From Vermamoeba vermiformis (lineage: Eukaryota), in the NCBI GenBank assembly GCA_045837725.1, contig JBEWZL010000063.1:1-64000 (forward strand): 64,000 nt of DNA. The letters run 5' to 3'. The first letter of the stretch is position 1, and every line of letters begins with the position of its first letter. Of the stretch, positions 49,798 through 62,902 are shown piece by piece. The notes under the pieces are model-generated. The model was not told where the DNA came from. It saw only the letters and a list, made by a program, of their open reading frames with translations, and did not search any database. Position numbers and translations under genes: made by a program.

Positions 49798-52700
49798 ATG
49801 ACGCATTTGGAAGCAACGTTAGCAGTTCCTTTGGCTCAGGAGGCAATTTTAAAGGCGATTTTTTATCGCTCTGTGCCTGACGAAGCGTTAGGCAGCCTCA
49901 AAAGTTTGAGAAGCACATCCAAAGAAATTAACCGCTTTTTGAGTGATGAGCTAATTGTAAAAATAATTAGTAACAAGGCATACAGTAAGTAATAATTATT
50001 CGATATTTTTACAATATTCTTTAATTTTTCCGGTCCCCTTGGCCGATCAAGTATTAACAATTATCCAGCGCCTTTGAACGTTAGGTTTCAGCACGGAAAA
50101 GTCAATAATTTGATATTTCATAATTATTGGAGCAAGTTTGAAGAGTGTAAGTTCTGACTTAATTCTCACTCACCAAGAACGTTCTGACATTTGACACTCG
50201 ATCCAGTTATCAGATTGCTCACAACATATAATGGCGCAGAAAATAGTCGCAAATTAGTAAAACAGCACTTATTCTGTGCCGTCAAATATGCGTCACCAGA
50301 TTTCGTAGCTTCTTTAATGAAGATCCAGATCGAAAACAAAGCCGTTCAATTCCCAGCCCAAAATATTATACGATCACTCGAATATAGCATAAAGAAACAG
50401 AAAAATGACGTGGCATTGATTCTATTGCCTTACTTACAAGCTTGCTTTAAAGAGTCAGATCCCCAACATTTTGCCGTACGTCTTAGAATTTCTAGTAAAG
50501 CCAATTAACATTAGTTTTCTCAGCGAGTGGAATGTGCACTGAAAAATAACGAAGACATTAATATTAACGGCGATATTTTTTATTACATTCGACGCAACTT
50601 GAAATCATCTGTTGTTATGCTGCAGTTACTCAGCGGTACGTTGGCATCGTTATAGGATTATAGGGTTTGTAGAATCGATTATTAATGTTTTTTGCACTTA
50701 GATCCTCGCGAAAAGATTATTGTACCCGAAGGTAAGAATTAACAGATCCAACAATATTTTTGTTTAGTTTTAATTATTATCTAATAATGTTTAATTCAAG
50801 GCAACCTGTTGGAATGCAAAGAATTGGCCAATGATGAAGAGTTTGAGTACACCTCGATCTTTTGTAAGCACTTATTTGATACTTTACATCCGTTACAAAT
50901 TCTGAGATCCAATATTTCGTAACAGATTACGACTCGATGAAGAAGGTCGGAGACACATATTATAGAAATGGACTTCGCTGGGTTACTGGCGTAAATAATT
51001 TGACCTCAAGTTTTTCCTATTACGACAGCAAGGGTTTCTGCTACCAAGTTCAAATTCCAAGTCCAGATGGCAGTACATACGTTTATGAAGGAATATCTAC
51101 GACTAATATATACGAATTGATAGTCAAAACGAGTTTAGGCAGTGAATTTCTCAGAAGTTTTCCGCATCAGTTCGTTGCAGTAACGGATCACGTTTTGAAT
51201 TTGCCGTGCGTCGAACAACCGTGGTTCTTTGGCAATATATCCGATAAAGAAGCGAATGACATCGTATCAGGTAATAATTATGATTAATTTTCTATTAAGG
51301 TTTCGGATGATTTGGAAATCCGTTGCGAGATCCGACTTTGCGTTTCAAAAATGCGTTTTGTATGCATTTTTATTGGAGTATTGATTCCGTTTTAATGTTA
51401 GCAATGGCGAGCAATACATTCTTCTTAACAGCATCACGTGGTGCGGATATTTTTATCTATTGGAGTGAGCCTAAAAGAAGAGGTCTTGAACCGTTGTCAT
51501 TTCGTCTTGATGACAGCGCAGAGTTGAAAAAATACGTTGAAAGAGCAATGAAGACGTTAAATCCCGTACTAGGCTTCTATAATGGAGGTACACCGAGGAA
51601 TTTAGAGGTGTTCAAGTTTCACCGGATCCTCGCCATAACATCCTCCGAGCATGTTCTCAGTACGTTTCAAATTGTGACATTGAAATATAGGTCTAACTTA
51701 ATATTATAGGTCAGGTATCTTTATTCGTACAGCAAAATGGTCAGTTGAAAATTGTCAAAATTCGAAATTTAATTTTCTACGTAGATCTCGACATTTCATT
51801 ACTCCGCAATCCATCGCCGCTTTGGACGTATTTACAACGAGTTGGCGTTAGAGAAGATGTAATCGAATGGCTAATCGATAACAAAGTCTATTTACATGGA
51901 GAGTAAGTTAAAAATTTTTTTTCCGAGAATTTTTGACTAACTTTATTTTCAGTGAAACACCTTCTATCATGGCGCTGCTTATATCGAAAAATTTAAATGC
52001 ACAACAACGGCGGTTAATGAGCCTCGGAGTGAAATGTGATACGTCAGCATTCGTCGAGCTGATCAAACAAACACCGAGCCGAGAAAAGTTCAACCAGTTT
52101 TGGTCGGCAAGAAAAGTAGCATTAGATTATAATGCTATATTATCAACGTTATTTGAAGTCGCTAGAAAGTATGAAAGTCAATGGAGAGACAGTTTAGGAA
52201 GTGATTTTGGAGAAAAGCGGAAATTACTATATTTGGCTTGGAGATTCGGAAACGACGATAATTCATTCAAAACATTGCCGTTAGAATTATTGCAATTAAT
52301 AATTCAATATGATATTGATGTGCCGTATTGGTACACCATTGCGGATATCATTTTGAACGCGGCACCAAACCGAACTTGTCGCCCACATCTACGGTCACTA
52401 GAGAGCATACTATACGTTGCCAAATATAGTAATCGATTTCCAGCGGATTTTGTGGTCAATGCAATCGAAGACACATTAAGTTACGGCCAAATCGATTTTA
52501 ACAACTTGCCACATTTTTTGCGACAATTGCGAAAGATATCTCCAACTCTAAAAATTCAACGTGCAGGTGCTCGCTTACTCAATCGTTGCATTTACACACC
52601 GAAAACAGATCTCTTGCTCGCAGTTCTCGAGACAAAAATTTTAGATCCCACAGTATTTTCGACACCGACTTCTCTTGGCGGTAGTTTCCACGAAGCAGTG

Positions 52701-52898
52701 CCTCTTGTTTGGATGACATGTTTTGAAAGAAAAAAATCTTTTGTAGAATTGTTGAGCAGAGCTGGTGCCATGCCGCTACAATTTACCAACAACCGCGGAG
52801 AGACTAGAAGACTTCAAGACTGGCTGGCCCATCAATACGTCAAAGAAGATATGTACGAACTTGTCTTGCGGTGCACAGAAGAAGGAAATAAACTTTGA
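49798..52898 (+). CDS. Multi-exon hypothetical protein with an SH2-like segment and F-box-like motifs
   Basis: Chain of + strand exons. QPWFFGNISDKEANDIV followed by NTFFLTAS resembles an SH2 start, and FKTLPLELLQLIIQY is F-box-like. Could be two genes. Confidence 0.5.
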
Positions 52899-53153
52899 GC
52901 GCGTACTGCGTTGACCAAAGTTTGACCAATCGTTCGAGGTCTTTGATTTTAAATATATTGTAATTAAACATTATAATAATATGAGAAGAATACTCGAGGC
53001 ATTTGACATCCAATTAACTAGCAACAGGTCGTTAAGTAACAAACTTGGTTGAAGCACTACGGATCAACTCGAAAATGATGATGTGTGACGAAATAACTGT
53101 TACTGTTTCATTTACAATACAACAATATATACGACTGCTCATAAAATATAAAT

Positions 53154-55641
53154 CTAAGGTTGCTCAGCTTCCAGTTCGACGGTCGAGTTAGTTACTCGTT
53201 GAGGTTGAGGAGGAATAGAACTAGACAATCGACTACGCACGCGAGTTTCTTCTCTCTCCCTCTGCTTCTTAGTGACGCCTAATCCAATACCAATAGCAGC
53301 GCCTGCTGCCACAACACACGCAGCAACGATAACTCCGATGGCCCATGGAGCCAGATCTCCTGGACAAGGAATTTTTTCGCTCGTAATAATCACTGTAATG
53401 CTATTCGCTGTATTTTTTTGCACGATAGTAGTGTTGGTGCACGGGACTGAATATAAAAAGCAAGTTAAATTTGATTTTCCTAATTTCGCAATAATTTGTA
53501 ACGACTTACGATCGCCTTCGTAAGAGACTGAATCGAAATCCAAGTTAGCAGTGCTGCACGTGGAGTTGAATCGAATGACGTCACGTGTAAGAGTTCCATT
53601 GTTGGCAAGCTGAGCAATCTCTTCGGGCGTAAGTTTAACGGTTAAAGATCCTAGAAAAAGAGAGAAAATAAGTACTGGCAACAATACTAAGAATAGCTAT
53701 GGCATTATATAAGTACCTTCGATATCAGCACAGCCTTTTACGTCAATAACTCCGCCACTTATGGAGATGTTCGAGTTCACATCCAGATCTCCGTAAATAA
53801 CTGTATTGGAAAAAGTGATGGGATCGTTAATCACCAAATCTTTCACGACAACCCACGTGGGTCTTCGACTGGCGTCATATTGACACAAAGCGGATTCTTC
53901 AGGTGAAGGTAAAGGGCAATTAGGACCTGAGAAACAAACGCGTTATTTGAACATTCCAAAAAAGGAAATAAATTCGGACTTACAATCAATATCTGCTACT
54001 TGACACTGTTCAGGAACGCAGCAAAAGAAGTTTTTGGACAAGGAACATCCCCTCAAACGAGGAAAGCTGCCGTTGAAGCAGCCCGAGAAAAGATTGTTCG
54101 ACAGATCCAACGAAAGCAGATCAATGGTCTTGTAGACTGCTGGAATTTCTCCGTAGAGCTGATTATTGGAGAGATCCAGGTAAATTAAGTTCGTAGAAAC
54201 AATCGTCGGCAAAAATCCAGTAAGTTGATTGCCAGTTGCAGTGAAGTAAATAATACTAGACCCAATGATGGGGATCGAACCGGTTAATTGATTATACGAC
54301 AGTGTGAGAGATACTAGACTCAGACCGTCAGTGAATGGAACAGATCCGGTTAATTGATTGCCGTCCAAGTAAAGTGCACTAAGGTAACGGCCAATCTGAG
54401 GAATAGTGCCAGTCAATTTGTTGTATTGCAGATTCATGTTTTCAATCGATTGGACGGCAAGAGCTTCCGCTGAAATGGAGCTCAGCTGATTGCCACTTAA
54501 ATTGACGATTCGAATTTTTGGCGCCAAAAAAACCGGAACAGATCCAGTGAATTGGTTATTTGATAAGTCCAAATTCAGCAATGCATTCAGTTGCCCAAAA
54601 TCAGGAATATTTCCGGAGAAATTGTTCGAGCCCAAGTCCAGACTGAGAAGCGACGGTAAGTTCAACAACGATTGCGGGATCGGGCCTGTAAGTCGATTTT
54701 GCGGCACATTAAGACTCTGTAAGGAAGTAGCTGCTGATATCTGACTCGGAATAGTGCCAGTAAGTTGATTCCTGCCAAGACTAATGCTGCTGACCGTGGA
54801 TGTGAATATCGAAGATGGAATGGTTCCAGTTATGGCGTTGTTTATCAAGGTAATGCTTTGAAAGACGGAGATGGATGGAATTTGGCCGCTGATTCCAGTG
54901 TTCAATATGGAAAGCGAGTACAAAGAGCCAGTAAACGTAGGAATGGATCCGGTCAAGCCAGGCAACGATTCAAAATTAATGTTCTTAAGCGTCGATAATG
55001 TTGCGTAGTGAGCGGGAATAGTATCTACTAAGTTCGGACAGGCGACAACCCGCAGGTAGGCTACTGAAGTTCCAACCAGATTCGGCATCTTCTTCACGTC
55101 GCAGTCTTCCATATAAAGGAGGCTCAAAGATGCTGGTAAACTCGTTGGTAGTTGTACATTAATTCCTCCAGATATTTCAAAGCCTCCAAAGTCCGTCAAG
55201 GTGGCTAAGCTGTTCGAGATCGGAGCAGTAAAATTGACGGAGGACAGCCGGAGAGTAGTTAAGTACGGCAACGATCCAATCCATGATCCAATAGCGACTT
55301 TCATTGTTGTGGGTACGTTGAAGGACGCTCTGCTATATAATTATTGTTATTAAAATTTGTAGCGATTAATTTTTTTAGTCTTAATATTAATAAAATAAAT
55401 AAAATACTTACAGGTCTATACTTATCACATGCAGTGCTCCGGCGGTATCGTTACAAAAAATTCCTTGTAGGGCGCAGGGATCAGTAATAGTTGCCCACTG
55501 GCTCGGTTCCGGGTCAATCGTTGCTCTGAAAGCATTAATTGCATCAATTTCTTGCTGAGGTAATTGTGCAATAGCGAGAGTAGCCAGGCAGAATAGTACT
55601 ACAGTGAGGACGGATCTTCGTAGGGCGCAACTAGCATACAT
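53154..55641 (-). CDS. LRR receptor-like type I membrane protein without a kinase domain
   Basis: Signal peptide, LRRNT-like W...DPC..QGIFC, many plant-type LxLxxNxLTGxIP repeats, TM helix WAIGVIVAACVVAAGAAIGIGLGV and a ~40-aa cytoplasmic tail. Confidence 0.88.
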
Positions 55642-56003
55642 CTCGTGATAGGAGCTGTAGAGCTAAGTTGTAGCCAAAATATAACTGTACTAAGCACTTG
55701 GTATGCTCAAGCGATAATGCACAAAATATGAAAAAACGTGTTTTCTAATAATTGTTGATCCAGAAAGTTTCTATTTTTAGAAAAAGAATGGATGTAAAGA
55801 TAAGACTTACCATTGGAAGGTATGTAAACATTACGGTACTGAGTTTACCGATTGTTTCCGGAAAGGAAGCGGATGCGCGAAGCCCCGCGGAATTTGTAAA
55901 GGAAGAAATTTATTAGGAAAGTTCTCGGCAACTTAAATACCTCGAGCTATCAATACGACAGTATCCAATATATTATTACAATGAATTAGGGCCAGGAGTC
56001 AAT

Positions 56004-58954
56004 TTAATCGTCCTCATCTGCTCCGTCCTCGTTCTCAAAGTTAACTTTCTGATTGCGGTACATATCAGCGACTTGAGCACCTGTGGTGGCTTGTTCAGGA
56101 GCCTTATCATCGCGCACTCTTATGAAACGAGGGAAACGCAAGCCAATGCCTTTAACTTCGGAGATCTGCGGTAGATTCGTTAGCTCGCTTGAACACTGAT
56201 GACGGGTTTCTATTGGTACTTACCAAGCCAACGCCACCCATATGAACAGGAGATAACGACAAATCGGCAGCACGAACTTCCCAAACTTGGGCAGCGGAGA
56301 ACCATACATCCGGCTTCAAAGAGTCGCCTAGGCGATAGTAGTTTGGTTTATCGGCTATAACATGGTCTTGCAACGACTTGGTAAGTTGATCGAACATGGC
56401 ATCGCTGAAGCCAGTACCGGTCTAAAATATTCAAGAGGGATCAGATCCAGCTCGCGATTGAAAAGGTGTTTGTTATTAATAACTATGATGGAAGTACTTA
56501 CCTTGCAAACTGATTGGAATTCTTCCGCTTCTTCGTCGTAACAAGCAAGCAAGAAAGCACCAAACAAGCCAGTACGTTTGCCTTTACCGTACCACGCGCC
56601 AATAGGCACCAGATCCAAAGTGTCGGTCATACCGTTCAAGTAATCCTTCTTCAACTATAATATAATTAAATAATTAGAATTGAAAGTAGGGACAAAAATG
56701 ATCTGGATGCGCTAAAACAATTTGTAACGTACCTTCAACCAGTTGTAAGAACGCTTGGCAATTTCGTAACAGCTATCAGGACCTTCGAGGGTCTTAACCA
56801 TGAGACCTTCAGTTTGGTTCTCAACAGCTTCGTTCAAGTAGGCTTGGATCTCCTCAACTTCTTCCAAGTCCTTCTTTTGTACGAACATAAATGTGCCTTG
56901 AACTTCTTGGAAACTCTCGTACAATCTCTCGCGACGGACATGAAGTTCTTCGGTAATTAACGATTCTCCGTTCAAGTAGAGCAGATCGAAGGCTTGCAAG
57001 CAGACATCGACCTTAATGTCCTCCAATTTGACTTCCTATATTAATTGTTAATTAGGGAGCTCGTTGGTGACAAGAAGCGCCATCTTTTACCTTTCTGGCT
57101 CGAGTGCTGAGCACTTGGAAAGTTCGGATCTTGTTTGTAGCGCGATCAAAAGCAACAGCTTCGCAATCCAAAATAAACGAAGTAACGCCTTCTTTGGTGA
57201 CCTACGATATAAAGCAATTATTAATCGATTTCTAGTCAAAATGAAAAGAGATCGCGGATCTAGTTGACCGTTACATACCTTTGGCAAGAAGTTGATAATA
57301 TCGGGGAACTTAGGGGTTGTATCTTCCAAGTTTCTGCTGAAGATCTTGACGGTTCCATCAGCGAGCTTGTGGATCTGAGTACGTTCACCGTCGTACTTGT
57401 ACTCGCAAGTAAATTTCTTGCCTTGCAAACGTTCTAAGACCTGACCGATGTCCTTTGAGGGCTGCGCTAACATAGGCTCGACTGGAATGCCCAATGTCAA
57501 GTGAATATGCTTAGATAAGTTCCAAACTCCTTCTTTCAAAGCAACGGGGATGATCTTTTCCCAATTAGGCAAGCAGCTAGAACAGCGTTAAATGATTTCC
57601 TTTTATGGAAGTATTATCGAACTTACTTGTATGCGCCTTGAAGGCTTGAAACAGCTTCGGCTAATTCTTCCTTAGTTGGTTTTTTCTTTTCGACAAATGC
57701 GAGTGCGTGGGCAAGAGCAGCCTAATGATAGTTCAGTGAAAACAGTTAATGAAACAATGCGATAGAGCACGTACGACTACAGTCTTGGGACCCATGTTGA
57801 TGCGAATCTTGCCCTGGAGCAGTCTGACAATGAACTGAGCCTCGCTCTCACGGCACGATACCAACAACTGACGCACGCGATCCTGCTTCTTGCGCACGGA
57901 CTACAAACGTTTGGTTAAGCACGAAGCCAATATGATTATATGAGGTTACTTACGGCTTGACCTTGTTCCTTTGCAATAGCTTTAAGACTGGCTACGACGT
58001 TTTGCACGGTCAAGGGCTTCGGTGCAACCAGCGTGCGCACGTTGTGTCCGCAGGCCTGTGCTACTAAACCCAAGTCACCAAGCTTTTTATAATCAGCGGT
58101 GATCATTTGCTTAGATCGGCCTGTAGCTTCGATAATAGCCTTAATAATTAGAGACTCGCCAAGACCGAGTTCTACTCCTTCGTAAGCAGGGAACAACTAC
58201 ATCCAAAAATGTCAACAAAATCTATTCATAAAGAAAATATGCGCACCTGATTGGCAGCCAAAGAAACACAGCCCAGCAAATCAGCGGGGTTTTGGACAAT
58301 AACACAGATCAAGAAGTCACGCAACAGATCGATTTGCACCAAACGAGCGCGTGTCTTTTGAATCTCGCTGAAAGTACGAGCAAGAGCCAAGAATGGTACA
58401 CTAAGATTAATATATTAATAAGATCGCGAGATAAGATTGCGACTTACGGCTCATCTGGTTTCCACAACTTAGAAACTTCGTGTAAAGTGTAGCTGTCTCT
58501 GTTATGATAAAAAATATTTAAATAATATGAAAAAATACTAAAATTGTCGAGGTAATTACCTGGCTCCAATAATACCGTCGCCAGTGCTGGTGTCTTTTTC
58601 AGATTTCGGCGAAGTTGGCTTGTTATTATTAGCAGGCTTTGTCTCAATATTTAGAGTATTAATATTTTCGTTCTCTTTTTCGTCTAATAATTCGTCCAAG
58701 TCATTTTTTTCAGCAGATTCGTCTTCATTTTTCTTTAATCGTTTGAAAGCTTAATACAAATATTAATATTGATGGAATGGAACACACAGTCATACCTCTT
58801 GCGTCTGGCGCTTCCATTTCGTCGGCTTTACGTTTCTTTCCCGCGATCGCTGGGCTTGACGCATCCGATTTCTTAGTGAAAAAGCTAATAAAGCGTAAGC
58901 GTAAGCTAGCACAACTACTTCTACAAATTACCTAGCAATCGACTTCTGTGCCAT
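56004..58954 (-). CDS. LIG1: ATP-dependent DNA ligase I
   Basis: N-terminal PIP box [29 protein letters not shown], active site [44 protein letters not shown] and [13 protein letters not shown]. Confidence 0.97.
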
Positions 58955-59010
58955 TGTTTCAAAAATATTCATAAAAATGACCGTTTCTTCCTTCATTTAT
59001 TTTGTTTTTT

Positions 59011-59019
59011 GCGCGGGAA
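59011..59019 (-). promoter_or_regulatory. E2F-type site upstream of LIG1
   Basis: Minus strand TTCCCGCGC ~60 bp upstream of the ATG. Confidence 0.55.
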
Positions 59020-59209
59020 CACTTTATCAGGGACAAACGGATAAGGAACAACCATTGGTTTGGTAGGTAAATAATTATTTATTTTTAATTAATTTATTCT
59101 AGATGGACGTACCAGAACGGGTAGATTCGCAACAGCTTGAAAAAGAAAATCCGGATTTCAGTTTCTTTGCGGTAAATCCCCGCCATACATTTATATTTCA
59201 CAATATTAA

Positions 59210-59767
59210 TTACGAGATTATACACCTCCTCTTCTTCCTCCCCTCCTGGAAACGGCCGTTTGGGAGCTTTGCCACTTGTCGGACGAGATCAAAAAAAATC
59301 GCATCAATGTTTTCTCCAGTCTTAGCAGACGCCTCGTAAAAAGGGCAGTTAAATTCCTTCGCTAGTTGTTCACCTTTTTCACGAGCCACCACTCTGTTTT
59401 CTTCAAGATCGTGTTTATTGCCGACCAAGACCATTGGGATGTTCTCGGTATCTTTGATGTGTATTATTTGCTGTCTAATATTTATAAGCTCCTCAAAAGT
59501 GGATTCGGAGCTGATCGAGTAAATCAGCATAAAACCGTGCCCATTTTTCAAATACAGATCTCGCATTGCAGCGAATTGTTCTGTGCCAGCAGTATCGAGA
59601 ATTAATAGCAAAATTTGCTCGCCGTCGATTTCTACAATTTTTCTGTATTCTTCTACAATAGTTGGGTCATAGGCTTTTATGAAGGAGCCTTGCACGAACT
59701 GCACCGTGATGGATGACTTGCCGGCACCAACAGAGCCCAGAACAACTAACGAGAGCTGTCGTGTCAT
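59210..59767 (-). CDS. Rap1-like Ras-family small GTPase, intronless
   Basis: [41 protein letters not shown] (Rap-specific T61), NKHD, EASAK, polybasic tail and CaaX CIIS. Confidence 0.93.
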   Translation of the reverse strand: MTRQLSLVVLGSVGAGKSSITVQFVQGSFIKAYDPTIVEEYRKIVEIDGEQILLLILDTAGTEQFAAMRDLYLKNGHGFMLIYSISSESTFEELINIRQQIIHIKDTENIPMVLVGNKHDLEENRVVAREKGEQLAKEFNCPFYEASAKTGENIDAIFFDLVRQVAKLPNGRFQEGRKKRRCIIS

Positions 59768-59974
59768 ACGTCCGGTCGATTTAAAAAAAAGGAAATCAAA
59801 ATTGCAATTGAAATTGAATTTAATTGTTGGAATGCGCAAACACACGAGTTTTTATTGCCAATATTCCACGCTCCAATTGTAAGCTTGCATTATTTATTTT
59901 CCCTCCTAATGAACTATTAACGGCAGTTCTAAATCGTAATAAATTACAGTGCGACTTCATCAATCTAATAATAT

Positions 59975-62611
59975 TTATTTAATTAAGTAAAGCAAAAAAA
60001 GAGCCACTGCTATAATATTAGAAAATATTATACCAGCATTTGCTTGAGATACAGCGTTGGGCGAGTTCGACAGCGGAGCAACTGGATCTGACGAAGGTGA
60101 ACTTGGGAGAGGCACGACGCCGATATTATCTATTGGAATCTGTGTGAATGCCAATGCAAATGAACTTCCACATTTAGAGCTAATGACATCAGATTGCAGG
60201 TGGAAGTCACGCGAGCCGGCATCCACAAAGTCGTTGGCGGTCAAATTATAGCAAGATTCGAAGAGCTCAACACGACCAGTGTAGTTGAAATTTCCGCATA
60301 GGAAGGTATTTTGCGTGCAGTTAACGAAAATGTTCGTTCCGATTTGATTTCCGTGGGGTGCTTGTGGATCCTCCTCCAAATCGAGGGACCGTTAGTATTC
60401 GACCTGAAAGTCTGATACTTACATCAAGAATAGTATAGAGGGTAGGAAAAGCATTGCGCCATAGATCCGATTGATAAGGAACAGCGAACAAGTTGCTCAT
60501 CAATGTGTCGTTGTTTCCATTTGGTCCGCATATGCCTTTGCCACGGGCATCAACGAGAATAGCCGTAGACGAGCCAATGAATATGTTATTGAAAATATCA
60601 CTGTCCCTGCCACCTCCGAGAAGAATTCCCTGCAGAGGATAATTGACAAATTATTCTAATGGAGGAAAGATGGTGGCAACATACCCGGTAGACGTTGTAA
60701 AAAATGTTGCCGTAGATCGAGCCAGAGCTGTATTGATCGTCAAAATAGACTCCTGTTGCACCGAGATTACCAGGTCCAATGATATTACTACATAGAACAA
60801 GGTACGTTAGCAAAGTTTTGGTACTTTTGGATCCGCGTTAGATCTCGCTTACTAGAACAAATTGTGTTTGACGACGGTACCGCGACGAGTCCAATCTCTT
60901 CCTGAATAGAAGGCCCCGACATCTCCTGTTTCGAGGCACACCTAACATCGTCATTAAAAACATGCTAATTGTTTGACGGTACTCAAAAGTGACTCACATC
61001 GTGGACAATATTGTATTGCAGTGTGTGATAGTTGCCAGTCCACATCAGCGCTGTATGAGGGCTATTATACATCTCGTTGTGTTCGACGGTAATTCCAACG
61101 CCGTTAATGTTGAAAGCAGGTTGCACAGTCTTCGACAACCGACTAAAATTTCGCACGACGTTGTTCCGAGCAACGTGGTCTGAACAGGTTAGCTTGATTC
61201 GTCTGAACATTACTATATTGGCAACTTACTAGATCGGGTCAGATTGGCGCGAGTTCCTCCGTTCAAAATAACTCCGCAGTTTCCAGGACCGCTAATGGTA
61301 CATCGCTCAACGACAATGTTCTCGGGGCCGCTTAAATTCATTGCATGCGTGCCCAAGTTGCGAACTGTCAACCCTGAAAAAGTGACCTACACCTCAGCCT
61401 GTTAGCATTTTCAAAAGAAGTGGGGAAAACTTACGTTTCGTAAGTTGGATCCTATCAGTCCCTAAAATCATTATTACAAAAAATTTGATTAAGTAAGTTA
61501 TTTCACGTACGTCTTTTCTCGAAGCTTCAATAGTGAGTCCTTGCAAAGTGAAGAACTGCACATCGGTCAATGTGACGACAGTGTTGGCGACAGAAACAAC
61601 AGAGTCATTTTGAGTGTAGTCAGTCGAGGGCGGCCAAAAATAGATCTTTTTGTTGGTACGATCGATGTAGTACTCGCCAGGCATGTCAAGTTCCGACAAA
61701 AAGTTTTGAAGGTAGAATCGTTGGTCCACCGCAAAGCCATAACTTGTGGCCGAGTTAGCAACAAACGATACATTTGAACCACCCAAGCTGTTAATCTGGC
61801 CGATCGAGATAAAACTACCAAAAAAGTTAGTTACACGGAGAAGTGTCAAAGTGTCAAAGTGTCACTTACTCGTCGGCCCAGTCGTAGTACCAGTAACCAA
61901 AGGCCCAAGGATCCGATTCCAACTGCCAATTAGCGACATTGTTCGTCTTGCTGTCAAACGAAACTTTATTCGAGGAACTATCATACGAAGATATTCTGAG
62001 AAAGTCCTGTCGTAAGTTAGATTAGAAGAAGTGGTTTATTATGATTTTTATTTTTTTTTTTTTTGGTTTTTTTTTTTTTTTGGTTTTTTTTTTTTAGAAG
62101 GTAATTTCGGAAAGTAATCATTGTGAATCCATTTGATTGAGCTTGCAAGTTGCTCTAAATTTACCTGTATGTGATATGAGTGCTCGCGGTGCCTGAGTCT
62201 TGCGAGGCGAAAGCGAGCGGAGTCGAGACAAAGTACAGTCCGGCTCTGATCTCAACGAAAATTTCTATTTACGCGGTTAATAACAAATAATCAAATAATT
62301 ATTATAACGAAGTTCACTACACGTGAGATATTGGCAATATTAAATCAATTGTCATGAAATTGAAAAAAATCTTAGCGATACTAATTCGCCAAATTGAATT
62401 GATTATTACCTGAATAATTATCCTTCGTAATATTATTTCTAATATAATTTTGTGCGGCTGATATCGTTTGATAGGGACTGGTCAGCGTCCCATCGCCCGT
62501 CACATCCGATCCTCCTTCAACAGAAACAAAAATTGACAGCTGCTGTTGACAGTACGATATTCCGAGCAAAGTAATTAAAATAAATAAACTTCTAATTAGT
62601 GAGCGACGCAT
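59975..62611 (-). CDS. Secreted/GPI-anchored right-handed parallel beta-helix (pectin-lyase fold) protein
   Basis: Signal peptide, GSDVTGDGTLTSPYQTISAAQ, GYWYYDWAD, FYLQNFLSELDMPGEYYID, CLETGDVGAFYSGRDWTRRG, GVYFDDQYS, and a Ser/Pro spacer with a hydrophobic C-terminus. Confidence 0.8.
62045..62095. repeat. Poly-T tract interrupted by GG
   Basis: tttttatttttttttttttggtttttttttttttttggttttttttttttag, inside an intron of the beta-helix gene. Confidence 0.9.
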
Positions 62612-62902
62612 TGTCTCCCTCTGGCCCTTATTCGAACGAAAAAGTACAATGTAGAGACAAATTCCGAATGTGAACAGAATTTGAAATTTCATGGCATGCG
62701 TTACAACGACATTGCCTTTTTGACTCGTTCATTTAGGTGTTCGTCATTTAAAGCTGGTATAAAAATTAGACGGCGCAGTTGAGACGTATTTAAGCTGGTC
62801 AAAATTTGGTCAACGCCTTAAGTCCTTTTTTTGTCGGGCCAATTTTTTTGAAGACAACCGGTCTTTAATAATAATTTAATTCAATTAATTGTTAAGAACA
62901 CC

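Noticed and set aside
15683-58954. POLD3, CTF8 and LIG1 as a physical replication gene cluster
   Set aside because: They are ~20 kb apart and separated by unrelated genes; only the shared promoter motif is reported.
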